Below, in pieces: positions 1 through 33,617 of a DNA stretch of 64,000 nt (position 1 is the first letter of the stretch; each line of letters starts with the position of its first letter). A model generated the notes under the pieces. The model made no database searches, was not told where the DNA came from, and saw only the letters and a program-made list of their open reading frames with translations. Both the position numbers and the translations under genes were made by a program. The stretch comes from Chrysomallon squamiferum (lineage: Eukaryota > Animalia > Mollusca). The DNA lies in contig CM022679.1 in the NCBI GenBank assembly GCA_012295275.1, forward strand, positions 15,934,001-15,998,000. The letters are read 5' to 3'.

Positions 1-103
1 AACTGATGTAAATACGATTTATAGCAAACCTTTGTCATTAGTGTTCTTGTTGGGTTTTTTTTGTATATTTGTTTTGTTGGATTTTTTGTTTTAAATTTTA
101 AAC

Positions 104-173
<70 letters not shown>

Positions 174-431
174 TTCTTTCTCTGCAATAATAATATATAG
201 TAGTATTTTCAGCATAAACAGGACTTGTAGTAGCAACAGCAACAGCAGCAGCAGTAGTAGTAGTTGTAGTGGTGGTGTGTATAGTGAAAATGATAACAAT
301 GGTTGTAGTAACTGTAGAAGTAACAACAGCAACATTTGTAGTAATAATAATAATAACAGTAATAGTAGTAGTATAACTACAACAGGATTATTTATTTATT
401 TATTTATTTACTACTGCACAGAAACACTCAC

Positions 432-19906
<19,475 letters not shown>

Positions 19907-20739
19907 GTCTGAGTTCTCAAACACACACGTTTTACCTGGAAACCATGTCACGGGTGATAATTAAGAAGGTTCTGATGTTGCTGACATTATTAATTTTGTC
20001 CAGAATTCCTTATTGTTATCTAAAAATACTTTTTCGCATGGTGTTCCAAAAACAAGCAGGAAAACAAAACCAACATACTGAAATTTCCAACAGTTACATA
20101 TTATTATTTTTCTGCATATTACAGATGAGACTGAGTCTTTGGTACTTACAATTAAACAAATGGCTTGACATTCGTCGTTTTAGGTATTCCGTAGAGTGAC
20201 ACAGTAATCGATAGCAATTTCAGCAAGTTTCATTTTTGATTCGTTAATATTGACTGTCATTATTTTTGGCAGTTCACCTTTTGTTATTCCGTTCATAATT
20301 AATATTGAGATAACATCTTCAGTTAAATTCATTTTCCGTTGTTAGTTTTTGTTATCGCTGTTTCATCTATGATTCATAAGAACACAATATTCTTGCAGTA
20401 TATTAGAACTATCCTTAGAAAATTTCGTGATTTGCTTCATTTCCAAGAACATTTCTAGAAAAATAAATATGACAGCGATCCAGTGTATCGAAACGAGTAA
20501 GTTTGACAGTTTGACATTTCAACTAAGCAGCGATGACTGGAAATGACGACAGAGATATTTGACCACTGAAAATACCACGAAATATATTTGTGTCTCTCTA
20601 CATTCCCACATGGCAAGCAACGGATTCTGTCATGGGGGCAAACACTGCTATTTTGATATTATCAACCTGTTTGTTAAATCTTTGTTCCGCGTTTTAGCCC
20701 ATAGGGGATGGCCACGCTTCGTGATCTTGCCTCTATTCG

Positions 20740-20970
20740 GGCATGCAGACGTCAATATGAGAAAAAGTTTAAAAAACCAATAAGGCGAAAGCAGACGAGC
20801 AGGTCTTGTTTTGTTAACTGACAGAGGCGGGGCGCACGTTTATTGAAATGTCTACAAAACTGCTACTGTGTGACATAAAACAGAAATGATGATGATTTGA
20901 CACATAAAGTTAATACTGCGTAACAGTGTACAATAACGTGATACGAGGAGTGCGCAATGCGCCGTCGCTA
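20740..20970 (-). promoter_or_regulatory. Candidate proximal promoter or enhancer of rGC gene 1
   Basis: Locally CpG-richer segment 0.8-1.0 kb upstream of the ATG with a CRE-like TGACGTC (20748-20754, minus), CCAAT (20777), GC box GGCGGGGC (20826) and TGCGCAATGCGC (20951); motif matches only. Confidence 0.35.
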
Positions 20971-21674
20971 GGTTTTACTGGTAAAATGTTGTTTGTGTTT
21001 TACGATTGTTTTACCGAGAGTTTGAACTACCGCAGTTTCGTTTTTAATGTTACTTATTACGAAAAGAATTGTTATAAAACAATATTAGTTTTATTTGTTT
21101 ATTTATTTGCTTATTTGTTCATTGATATTTTTTTTTTTTTTTTTTTTTTTGAAGCAGAAGTAGTAGAAATATTAGTAGTGGTATCATCGTCATGTCATCA
21201 TAAGCATCTCATTATTATTATTATTATTATTATTGTTGTTGTTGTTGTTGTTGTTATTTATTTGTTTTATTTTACTTTTATTTATATTTTTTTTATTTAT
21301 TTATTTATGCATGCATGTACATTATCAGTTGTAGTATTTCAGAAATACTTCATTTAAATCTGTTGACGGGATGCGAACATGCAGTCATAAGGCCTGAAGG
21401 CAGCCAGATGAACATTACGTAAAGAAAGCTGCCTTCCACTTAACGGTGTTATACTTTTTAGGTCGAACTAAATGCAGTTTTGTCAGCTGGCTGTCATTCA
21501 CTTACAGGTAAAATGAACAAATGTAGGAATTAGTGGAAATTAGTATTACTGAAAGAAAGAAAACAATTTTACAATAAAGAAATGACTTATACAGAAGATC
21601 TATCTATCAAATGTATTAATATAATACTTTTGTCAACATATATATATATATATATATATATACAGATATGTGTA

Positions 21675-21716
<42 letters not shown>

Positions 21717-23073
21717 TATTGAAAAACTGAAAACTGGTACAAGATATTTCGGTTCAAAGCACAGTTCAAGGCAGTAATCTTATTTTATATGCTGTGAAAA
21801 CAGAGAAAGAAAAACATTCTGTGTGTGTGTGTGCGCTGAAGGTCAGCTCAGACAGTTGATCTATAAACGAAAGAAGAAAGAGAGGAAGCTTAGAAGAATG
21901 GATGAATGAATGAGTTACTGGATGAAAGGATGGATGGAAGGAAGAAAGACAATAAATTAGTCTGTAAGATTCAACCATTATTTATTGTCGATTATTTTCT
22001 GGGGACAGATATTAAGAGATAAAAACAAAATTCTCTAAGAATTATTTAGCTTTAAAGCGAGGTATGGTTTAAAAACGCGTCTCCATATATCCAAAGCAAT
22101 GAATTTTAACTTTACTTTTACCAAAATCTTTCTTAAATGGGTTGAATGTAGTACTGCTGCTACTACTACTACATCAGCAACTGTAACTACTGCTCCTATT
22201 ATTGTTATCAATATGAGTTTGTAGTCAGCGGGACAAACATCACAGCGATCTGGCTGGACTTAGTTTGTACCAAAAGGAAAACCAGACCGACTGATTAAGA
22301 CTTGAGCCTGCTGCCCTACCGCTGAACGCTGATCCTCTGAACACTTAGTTATGAGGTGTGAAACATAACAGCCACATTAAAAGAGCACAGATATCGACGT
22401 CTCGCTCTCACTTCAATAACACGAATGGTTCAGCGATGCTGGTTAGATCGGTGATTTTTCAAACATAAAAGGTATCGCATTATCCCGAAAACTGCCGACG
22501 ATATCTCTATTCATTGTGCGTATCTTAGCCCCAGGTGCGTAGATTTTGCCGGAACTCCTGAAGGCAAAAGGGCACAACGCGTAGAAAATTCAAATAAAAT
22601 TTATAAATAGAAATTTAATGGAAGTAATAAAATCATAGTCATATTTTGCCAACAGAGGTTCGAGTTGAGATGTCGTTTTAATGCAGTGATGTTAAAATAA
22701 AATTTGAGGTCAATGCATTTTAAGTAGTAGATATTTGTATACAATCAGGTATAGATTGTTATCAAAGATATATATTTTTTTTTCATTGCCAAATATATGA
22801 ATTATAAGTTAACCAGTCTTTGTTTGATTAAATTTAACACTGGCTTTTGAGTCGCGTTTATTGTTTATTGCTTTACATAGTTATTGGTGTTGATATTTTG
22901 TAATAAAGATAGGAACAATATACATACACAAACACACGCACACACACATACACACGCGCGTGCACACACATACATAGCTAAAGAGACAAAGAAAGAGAAA
23001 GACAGACAGAAAAAGAGAGTGAGGGAGTAAACTGAGAGAAAGAAAGTTTGTGAAAAAAAAGAGCGCGAGAAAG

Positions 23074-23152
<79 letters not shown>

Positions 23153-24045
23153 TGCAGGTGAGCAAGAAATGCAATATCGCAACAAAACAAGACTAAAAAT
23201 GTGTAATTTCAAAATATCAAAGTACTGTTCTTAGTCAGAAAGTATTTTTTGTTTTAATTAAATGTCATATATCACAGTAAACAGTTACAGAAAACTGGAA
23301 TATGGGATCTGGTTTATGTATACTGTGTGTTTGTTTACCTCTCTCTGAAGGTCTGTATGTGCCTGTCTCTGGAAGGGTGTATGGCATGAGCCTACATAAT
23401 TGTAACGAGGATCTCATAAAAAAAAAAAAAAAAAAAAAAAAGGTTTTAAAGAAATACAGGGACACAACTCGTCAGGTCTTTGTTAACTTAAGTTGGAAAG
23501 GTTATTGTTCCTGAATTTGTTTCTAAATTAAAATAATCAATCACAATAAGGTATGCAAATTGTGTATACAATTACTCTGACAACTATCATTATTTCTGAA
23601 CACGGGAGAAAGAACAGACAGTAAGTAACATTGCTTGTCACTTTTTGTTCATTACGTATTCGTTGTCTCACTCACTCACTGAAATACATACACACACACG
23701 CACACACACACACATACACGGACACACACACACACACATACATACATACAAATACACAACAAAAAAACACAAAAAGCACACTGATTTACTGAGGACAGTT
23801 AGGTTGAAGTAATGGTAAGATTAGCGTTAAAGCTTTATTTTATTTTTTAATTTTGTTATCATCACGGTAGAAGTTAAAACTGGTTCTATTTATTGTTTGT
23901 TTGTTTTTACTACATAATTAGTCAAATAAAAGAATTCTAATTATTTCCTCATTATCTCCTTATTTCAAGAATAGCTTGAAAAAAACAGTTTTCTGAAGTT
24001 AATCGATGTTCGTCTTAGATTCTTTATAATCTCGAAAAAAAAAAA

Positions 24046-24082
<37 letters not shown>

Positions 24083-24694
24083 AAAAAAAAAAAAACAAAA
24101 GACAACAAACGCTGCGTTTCACTTCTTTCTTTTTTTTTTTTTTCTTTAAAAAAGAAAAGAAAAGAGAAAAATTCTTTGATTATTGGAATTTCTGTGAACC
24201 AACATGATCAATGTGACTTTTTTCTTTCATCCTCTATTTTTTGTTATGTTTTAATGTATTTTTTTATTTTTTTATTTGACTTCTTTTCTTTCTTTTTCTT
24301 CTCTCTCATTTTAAATGAAAATAATGATACAGGATAATCTATCAAAACCACATAATTTAATCTCAGAAACATTTCTGTTTAGAAAAAAAATAGAAAAATG
24401 AAAAGAAGCTAAATGATGTAAAATCGAATATATATTTACACCGTGACATTCATTCTGTTTAATCCATCTTTTAAACTGTAAAATTATAAAAAAATAAAAC
24501 AAAGACAACACATTTTTAAAACCCAATAAACCTCAAAAGACGAACGTTATTATTCTTTTTCACATTTACTTGTTATTGCAATTACTTTGTTAATAACATC
24601 AAGGTGTATTTAACAAGACTTAAAACAGTCTACAGAGTGAGCATGCTGTCAGTGTGTGTTGGTGCTGAAAGGAGGGTTTAAGAACTCAGGCAGT

Positions 24695-25134
24695 GATCTC
24701 GAACTGGCCGGTCGAGTGTTTTACGTCTGAAAGTGAATGTTTGTGGACTGCAGGGTTTGATCTCGAACTGGCCGGTCGAGTGTTTTACGTCTGAAAGAAT
24801 GAATGTTTGTGGACTGCAGGGTTTGATCTCGAACTGGCCGGTCGAGTGTTTTACGTCTGAAAGTGAATGTTTGTGGACTGCAGGGTTTGATCTCGAACTG
24901 GCCGGTCGAGTGTTTTAGGTCTGAAAGTGAATGTTTGTGGACTGCAGGGTTTGATCTCGAACTGGCCGGTCGAGTGTTTTACGTCTGAAAGTGAATGTTT
25001 GTGGACTGCAGGGTTTGATCTCGAACTGGCCGGTCGAGTGTTTTAGGTCTGAAAGTGAATGTTTGTGGACTGCAGGGTTTGATCTCGAACTGGCCGGTCG
25101 AGTGTTTTACGTCTGAAAGTGAATGTTTGTGGAC
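24695..25134. repeat. 64-bp minisatellite, about 7 near-identical copies, plus a degenerate copy near 25240-25295
   Basis: Unit GATCTCGAACTGGCCGGTCGAGTGTTTTACGTCTGAAAGTGAATGTTTGTGGACTGCAGGGTTT starts at 24695, 24759, 24825, 24889, 24953, 25017 and 25081. Confidence 0.95.
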
Positions 25135-27747
25135 GGAGGGGAGTGTTCTCGGACAGGCCGAGGAGTTTAGGTGGGGGTGGTGTTTGGAGGCGGGGTGCAG
25201 TGATTTCAGGCTGACCAGATCAGTGTTAGGGTCTTTGCGGAATGTTTTGGACTGCAGGGATTGATCTCGAACTGCCAGGTGGGGTGTTTTGGTCCTGTAG
25301 GGGAGTATTTTTTTAGACTAATGGGATGTTTTGGAAGAGATTACGAGCTGTCAGGGGAGTGTTTGAGGACTGTGAGTAGTGATTATTTAAAGAAATAATT
25401 AAAATACATAACAAACAAATGTGAATGACAAACACTGGGCAGAAAAACCAGAATACTTCTGTGACGGATAGACGCCTGGCCTTGACCTTCGTATTATGTT
25501 GCCTAGCATTTACGTTTTTCCGTCGAGAAAAAAAATGTCTGCTGTCTGTGTAAATACTTAGCAATACGTTAACTGACACGTAAAGATCTGATTAGAATTA
25601 ATCTTCCCTGAAATAAATTAAACTGAATTGTCTGTTAGCACGAATCTGAGATTGTCTGAAATCAAGTCATTAAAAAACTGGAAACGAAATGAATCAACGT
25701 TGAAAAAATGAAAAAATTGTTTATATTAATGATTAAAATACTCAGACATAAATTTAACAGATAGCAATACTAGAATATAATTTATATGGTCGTTCAACAG
25801 ACTATTGCTTTTGATTCAAAACGATAAAATTGGTTCAGACGAACACTTTAATTACTGGATGTTCTAATTTGGAAAGATTAAATAATACTCTTATTTTTAT
25901 TTTAATCATTTTGCTTTGTTCTTCGTTGTAGTTGGTTTTTTTTTCATAATTATTAATATATTATTATTTTTTTTTTTTTTAGAATGGAAATACAGTCTTT
26001 CTTCATTAGACTTCACAATAAGAAAACTATATTTTTGTTTCTTGAACAAGTATTTGTTGTTCAGACATTTGAGAAGTTTGTTTACATGATATATCGTCTT
26101 TAAGTGTTTGTAGGATTGAATTTTGTGTGTTCTTGGGTATTATTTAAATGATTGATACATTAGAAACTTCGTTATCTGCTGTTCTGTCAGTTTCAAAGAA
26201 CTCACAACAGCTTTTGTTGATGAACGAGAAACATTGTCAGAGGTGGTCAGATGTTTGGTGGTTTGAGGGTTTTATCCGACATTTCAGCCTCTCTGTCCAC
26301 TACTTGCTCGTACAAATGTTCATGCAGTGGTCATAATGGAGGTTTACCACGTAATAGGTATCAAGAACAACAGTTCAACAAAGCACCGGGTTGTTGTTTT
26401 CCTAAATATTAAAAGCCGAGGTTTGTCTATGTATTATTTAAAAGTAAAAGTGACTGCCTATCACGTCTAACACACTGACGCGTGAACACATTTCATTACG
26501 AAACGGTTACGACAAAAAACGATCTGGCTTCTTTTTACTGCCAGCTAGTATAAATATTTCATTTAAAACTTTATACCCTCGTGTAGCTTCAAAGAGCATG
26601 GTTTATTTGAAGTGCTGCATAATTTATTAAACAAGGTAAAACTTTCGATTTACTTACACAAAGAAGTATCAGGTTCATTAAAGGCTACAAAAGATTAAAA
26701 CAATCGATGAGCGGTCTTTTGTCTCTGCGTATTTGGAAAATGTGTGTATCTGTTTTGGTTATTATTAAGTAAGTTAATGCGCGTGTGCATTGTCTTTGGT
26801 ATACTGGTGATGGATGTTGTTGTAGTCCTTCATATTCATGCGTGTTGTGTAATCTGTATGTATGCATATTACAGTCTATCTGTGAAACCAAGCCATTAGG
26901 TGAAATGCTTTCAGTATGCAATTATTTCATGAAAAAAAAAAAACAAGTGAAAATACGAAATGACTAAACGAAATGGAAAGAAAGTCAAACATCTGCATAT
27001 CGACTAAATACACTGAGTTAGACTCGACTGCTCAGAGTGTAAGTAGATTAAGTAACCAGTACTTGCAGTGCTAAGATACGTAGGGCTGAGAGGGGTTGAC
27101 GCTATAATTGTTTTTGAAATGTGAAAATGCAGTTTGTTATTGGGGGCAGATAATAGAAAAAGTACTGAATTATCAATTACCTCCCTAATTCAGGTCTATC
27201 ACAACAATTTTAAGATCATGCTAAAGAATGAGTAGAATTTAATACAATGGCTACACACACATACATACAAATATACATACATACATACATAAATACGCAC
27301 GTACATAAATACATACATACATGCTTAAACATACAGACATATATGCATAATTACATACACACACACACATACATACATACATAGATACATACATACATAC
27401 ATACAAACATACATACATACATACATTAAATTTTTAATGTGTTTTTTATTTTTATTTTTATTTTTATTTTTTTTTTTTTTGTTGTTGTTCTTTTCTTTCG
27501 ATTTTCTTTGGGCATAACAGACACGAATCAGACGACAGAAATGAAAATAAATCAAGAGAAATGAAAGGAAGGTAGGTGGCGAGTAGGTGTAATGTATCGT
27601 GGTTTTCAAATCTTTTTTCTTCTTCTTTCGATACAAAAATTCAAATATGAGGGGATTTGTTTCGGGAAACAATTGTAAGATGATCTGTTGGGTTCATTTT
27701 ATGTTTTGTGTCAGTTTTTTGTTGTAATTTATTTTTAAAAAAGTGTA

Positions 27748-27754
<7 letters not shown>

Positions 27755-27837
<83 letters not shown>

Positions 27838-28150
27838 TTGGTCGAAAATGAGAGCAGAATGAAATACAGGCTCGGAAAATAAAAAATTCGGATTTTCCTA
27901 AATATATATTTTGTTAATATTAACAGTGTAAAATAATATGTAGAATTAAATTTACTTTAAATTCACAGTGTAGAATAACACATTGAACATTCTTTTATTT
28001 TAAATTCACAGTGTGGAGTTATATATAGAATAAATTTATGGTAAATTCACAATCTGGAATAATGTACAGAACTAAATTTATTTTAAAATCACAAATGTGG
28101 AATAATATAGATTTAAATTTACTTTAAACGTAGAAAATTAAATTTACTTT
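27755..28150 (-). repeat. Inverted copy of the 13991-14236 repeat with extra AT-rich subunits
   Basis: (GT)n-CTTGGTCGAAAATGA..GCAGAATGAAATACAGG..CGGAAAATAAAAAATTCGGATTTTCCTAAA followed by repeated TAAATTTACTTTAAATTCACAGTGT-like units. Confidence 0.82.
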
Positions 28151-29501
28151 ATATTTTTACATATCTTAACGGGTGACAGATTGAGTTTACTTTGCCATGG
28201 TCGTAACGTTGCGCGACTGTCAACACACAAATAATAAGTGTAATGTTAGACATTGTAAGCTAAAACCTGGATAAAACCTGGGATGAATACACGTGAGACA
28301 TCTTTCTAGCTCCTCTAACTCCGGATAGGGGACGATTTCGATTCATTCTGTCCGGATTTCCGAAATCCGGCAAATAAGAGTCCGTTAAATGGAAGTATCG
28401 AGTTTACTTCTGTCTTTGTAAATTGCTTCCGAATTTTTTTTAATAAAATAAAATAAATAAAATAAAATAACAAAAGATTAATCGCGTTTCATTTGATCTC
28501 CACATAAAACATAATAATTATTACTCCGCGAATGAAGCAGATCGATTTTTTTATATAATAAAATTTTTATTTTGTAAAGATTTGAATATATGCTAAAGAT
28601 AGTATGCATTCATACACACATACAAACGCCTATCTACCTATCTACACACATACTTACTTAATTACCTATCTACATGCAGATACATAGATACATACATACA
28701 TACATATACTTGCTTGCTTGTGTGCATTATGTTATGAGTATGTATGTATAGGGGGTAAATTTGTGTTACGTGTGTGTATGAATATACATTTATGTAGTGA
28801 TATGTGTACGTATATAATGTTGTGTATCAGTGTACATTTGTATTTACATATCTGTGATATAATCGCTTTTCATTCTTTACAAAATACAGTTTATCAAGTT
28901 TAAACATGACTATTCGAACCTTAAATAATTCTTATTATAAAGTTAGCCTAAACTTGACAAAGCATTAACGTATAGTTACAGTCGCTACTTCAGCTGACAC
29001 CGTTCGGCGTTTTTGTCGAATGGACAATACGATGGGATTAACGGAACCCTTTAGTGCTAGTCAAATGTCGTCTTTGCTTTGATCGCGAATCATCTGTGTG
29101 TGTTCAGTCGCTACTGACAACTTCTGTGTCGTGTGTGTAGTTCATTAATAAAAGATTAACTCCCTGCACGAGTTACGAATGAAGCCAGGAATTACAAGAC
29201 AAGAGTAGGAAAAAATTAAATTTAATCATTCACTGATCACATAGAAAATTATAGGTAATTATGCTTACAAACCCCACTGTGTGTCATTTGTACAGCTGAT
29301 GCACCTGCAAGGTACTTAAAAATTATTGTGAAGAAGCTTGAATAAAATAAATCTATTATTGATGGCGTGACAATCAATGATCAGACCTTGAAAAAGATTT
29401 GAATAAAGAGAAGTTAACAAATTATTTCCAACCAGTGTTTTGAATCATCTCTGTTCTGACTAGTACGAAATAGAATCTAAATTAAAAGGATATTGTCTTT
29501 C

Positions 29502-29720
29502 TGAATATTAATATACCTGTTGTAGAGATATCAGTGAGTATCTAGTTGCTCTGTATGAAAGGATTTTAGACTGATATGTTATTAGGATTTACTCGGTGAT
29601 TTTGACATTAACGTGTGGTTGTGACTGTTGTGACGTAACGATTAGAATACTTAGCGCGTGATGTCTCTAAGTGAAATAAAGCAAGGTAAGACCTTTCCTT
29701 CTCTCTGTCTATATCTATAT
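29502..29720 (+). repeat. Left arm of an inverted repeat pair with 33270-33617
   Basis: Shared blocks in opposite orientation: GAATATTAATATACC.GTTGTAGAGATATCAGTGAGT, AAGGATTTTAGA, TATTAGGATTTACTCGGTGAT, AAAGCAAGGTAAGAC. Confidence 0.85.
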
Positions 29721-29809
29721 TTACTCGCACACACACAGATAGTTAGACTGACATATGTGTGTGTGTCTAATTGTCTATCTATCTATCTGTCTATCTATCT
29801 ATCTATCTA

Positions 29810-29861
<52 letters not shown>

Positions 29862-31090
29862 TGCCTCCTCTCTCTTGCTTTCTCTCTGAGTGTATGTCTG
29901 TGTGTATGTGGTGTATTTGTGTGTGTGTATCTCAGCGTTTTTGCGTGCATGTTTTGTTTCTTTTTGGTATGTCTGTCTACTATTCGTATATATTTCTCTT
30001 CTTCTTCTTCTTCTTCTTCTTCTAAATTAGGTAACACTGGAGCCAAATAAATTTAAAATGGCTTTGATTTCGCTGATAAATGTTCTTACACTGCAAGTCA
30101 GAGACAGGATGATTTACTAAATCAATATCTGTTATGTAACGGTTGTGTTTAGTTAATCACTTTTCAGTGTTTGCTTTGACTATTCTATCAAGTCAGTGTA
30201 GTCTGTCCTCTCATAATTATTTCTGGCTGCTACGTATTTGCAGAAGTATAGAGGTAGTAGTAGTAGTAGTAGTTGGCGTTGTTGTTGTAGAAGTAGTAAT
30301 AGCAGTAATACTAGTAGTAATAGCAAGAGTAAGAGTAGTAAAAGTAATACTAGTAGTAGTAGTAGTAATAATAACAATAATGATGATGATGATGATGATG
30401 ATTAGTGTATTAACAACAATAACTGGTGTCATTTGTATTAGTTTTACTATAATCGTCATCATCATCAACATCATTACTGAGACTGAAGTTAAAAACTGTA
30501 CTAAAAACTTATTGAACTCTCTGCTCAATTAATTATAATCTTACTAAACTGTTGCTAATAATAAATTGCTATTTTCCTCTCAGCAGAATCGATCCTGACA
30601 TCTAATACCCATCAGTCACTCATTTCATCTTTCCGTGCAAACACTGACTTTGCGAGTCTGAGTTTTGAGGCTTTTAAACTTCCTTCATTAAATGGTATCT
30701 AGAGCCGTAGCTGTTTCCTCTATTGAGTAACTCGCTGACTGAATGAACCGTTAATCCGCACGTACATTAAGCCGCCTAAGTGTCAGTGGTTTCCGTCTGT
30801 TGTTAACGAACTTAGCACAGCGACTAATTCAATCTGTACACTTCATTTGAGCACTGAGGATTTCAGTGTTGCTCTCTTTTTCATTAGACGTTCACTGCCG
30901 ATAGAGCAGAAGGCGAGTTATTTCGTTGTAATTACTGTTTGTGCCCGTACTTTCAATGTCATTATTCAGTATAGCGAAACTCAGTGTAATTTTTAATTTG
31001 CTTGTGAGCCACGAATCAATGTCATTTTAAACGACTAAATTAATTATTTTTACCTGTCTGACTTATGCCAGTTGAAAATGATCTCTCCGG

Positions 31091-31202
<112 letters not shown>

Positions 31203-32100
31203 ACATATAACGAAGATAAATTTTATAAAGAATTGCAAAAGTAATAACACAGTTTTCATTTTAATCTCTTTTTCTCATCCTTAATTGACCTTTTTCAATT
31301 TTCTTCATTTATTTAATTAATCTGAAAAACGGATTGAAAAAAGAAAAAAGAAAACGCGAACAACATATTGCAATTTAGTTTTATGTATCAGCTTAAAAAA
31401 TGGGTCATGCATAAAATCGTTAATTTTATAAAAAGTATAATAACTTAATAAACAAAAACAACAGTAATGAGAGAAAGAAATATTTCTTATAGACAGAATT
31501 CTTTACTATCTCATAACCTACCACAGAGAAACCAGCAAACTGTCATTCTCTTCCTCATCATAATACCAATACCACAATGTTTTACCATTATAATCATCAT
31601 TTGCATCATCAGTGTCATCATTTTGATGATTAAAGTGATAATTTCCATCATCAAAGTAATCATTTTTATTATCACGGTCAACGTTTTCATCATCCCAGTC
31701 ATTATTTTCATTATCGTAGTCATAATATTCATTTTCATCATTATGGTCATTATTTTCATCACAGTAGCCATTATCTTCAACGTTATTTTGATTATTATTA
31801 TTATTTAAACTTGTATTATTATCTGAAGGAATTGCTGTATAATACTGTCAGTTAACCACTCAGTTACACCGAGTAATTATATTTAAATGTACGATTATTA
31901 ATCACTGCTTAAGGGAATTTATCGCGTTTTAATAAGTCACGTAGCGAGAATGTAAAATTTATCTTATAGAAATTAGCATTCTTAACCAGTTATTTCACTG
32001 CATATGTATTTATATATGGGTCGGACAGACAGATAGAGAGAGCAAGTGTATATGTGTATGCATGAGATAGATAATTATATACATACATACATATATATAC

Positions 32101-32216
<116 letters not shown>

Positions 32217-32876
32217 GGAATAAAAAAAAGATAAAACTTCAAGTAATATCTAAGTATTGTTCTTCTAATCCAATATCAGAATATCTTTGCAGGGTTTTTC
32301 CAATATCAATAAACTGAAGTAGATTCAAAAGAGGGCGACAGTGGAATATTCATTGTAAGTTAACAAGCCTGATTTAGAAATGTAATAAGAAATACTGCCG
32401 ATAAAACGCATGCTCATTTTCATCACTGACATAGGTATTATATTTGATCAGTTGTTTAAACGGTCGCTGGAAATTAACAAGTCTGAGCAATTTGCAGCTC
32501 ACTAAATTCATATTGCAGCTGTCGTGTTATTTCTTTCAGACTTGTTTCTAAATTAAATACGATGAACGAGCCGCTGCTTTTTCATTATGAGAACAATTTG
32601 ACAGAAGTACACACACCTTTCTTACATCGCTGCAGAACAATGAAAATTGATTTGAGTTATGCTGGAGCGGGAAAAACCACAGACAGACACAGACAGGCGG
32701 TCGAACCGAGGGAAGGATAGAATAGTGAGAAAGAGAATAACAAAAAGAAATATGGACAGAGATAAGAGACAGAGTGATACAGAGAAAGAAAGGAAATCAA
32801 ATGAGACAGGTAATCAAATCAGAAAGAAAAATCAGAAATTACTGACATATGTGTGTTTGTGTTTTTCTATATGTGC

Positions 32877-32878
<2 letters not shown>

Positions 32879-32965
<87 letters not shown>

Positions 32966-33270
32966 GGAGAGGTAGACAGAGGGAGAGGTAGACAGACATA
33001 AATATGTATAGAGAGACAGACAGATATATATATAGACAAATTAATAGATAAATAGATGGATAGATAGACAGACAGATAGATAGGTAGGTAGGTAGGTAGG
33101 TTGGTAGGTAGGTAGGTAGGTAGGTAGGTAGGTAGGTAGGTAGGTAGGTAGACAGATAGATAGGTAGGTAGGTAGGTAGGTAGGTAGGTAGGTAGGTAGA
33201 TAGATAGACAGACAGATAGATAGGTAGGTAGGTAGATAGGTAGGTAGGTAGATAGAAAGACAGACAGATA
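32879..33270. repeat. Compound (AG)n/(TAGA)n/(TAGG)n microsatellite
   Basis: Direct reading. Confidence 0.93.
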
Positions 33271-33617
33271 CATAGAGACAGGGGAAGGTAAACTTTTGTC
33301 TTACCTTGCTTTGTATTACTCACAGATATCATGCTCGAAGTTATGTCACAACACAGAGAACCTCGCGTTCATATCAAGATCACCGAGTAAATCCTAATAG
33401 CATATTAATCTAAAATCCTTTGATTAGAGTCATACGAAACAACTAGACACTCACAGATATCATGCTCGAAGTTATGTCACAACACAGAGAACCTCGCGTT
33501 CATATCAAGATCACCGAGTAAATCCTAATAGCATATTAATCTAAAATCCTTTGATTAGAGTCATACGAAACAACTAGACACTCACTGATATCTCTACAAC
33601 TGGTATATTAATATTCA
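33270..33617 (-). repeat. Right arm of an inverted repeat pair with 29502-29720 (contains the 131-bp duplication)
   Basis: GTCTTACCTTGCTTT...ATCACCGAGTAAATCCTAATA...TCTAAAATCCTTT...ACTCACTGATATCTCTACAAC.GGTATATTAATATTCA. Confidence 0.85.
33318..33585. repeat. 131-bp perfect tandem duplication
   Basis: CTCACAGATATCATGCTCGAAG...CAACTAGACA at 33319 and 33450; CTCAC recurs at 33581. Confidence 0.92.

Noticed and set aside
19907-19951. N-terminal extension MTWFPGKTCVFENSD from the ORF track (likewise MASVNSR at 54979)
   Set aside because: These begin at GTG or TTG; the first in-frame ATGs (19906 and 55000) directly precede the signal peptides.
24695-25134. CRISPR-like regular repeat with a palindromic core
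   Set aside because: Units are contiguous and identical with no unique spacers, there are no cas genes, and the context is eukaryotic; it is a minisatellite.
28352-28369. Short palindrome CCGGATTTCCGAAATCCGG
   Set aside because: An isolated short stem is expected by chance or as a transposon scrap; no further support.
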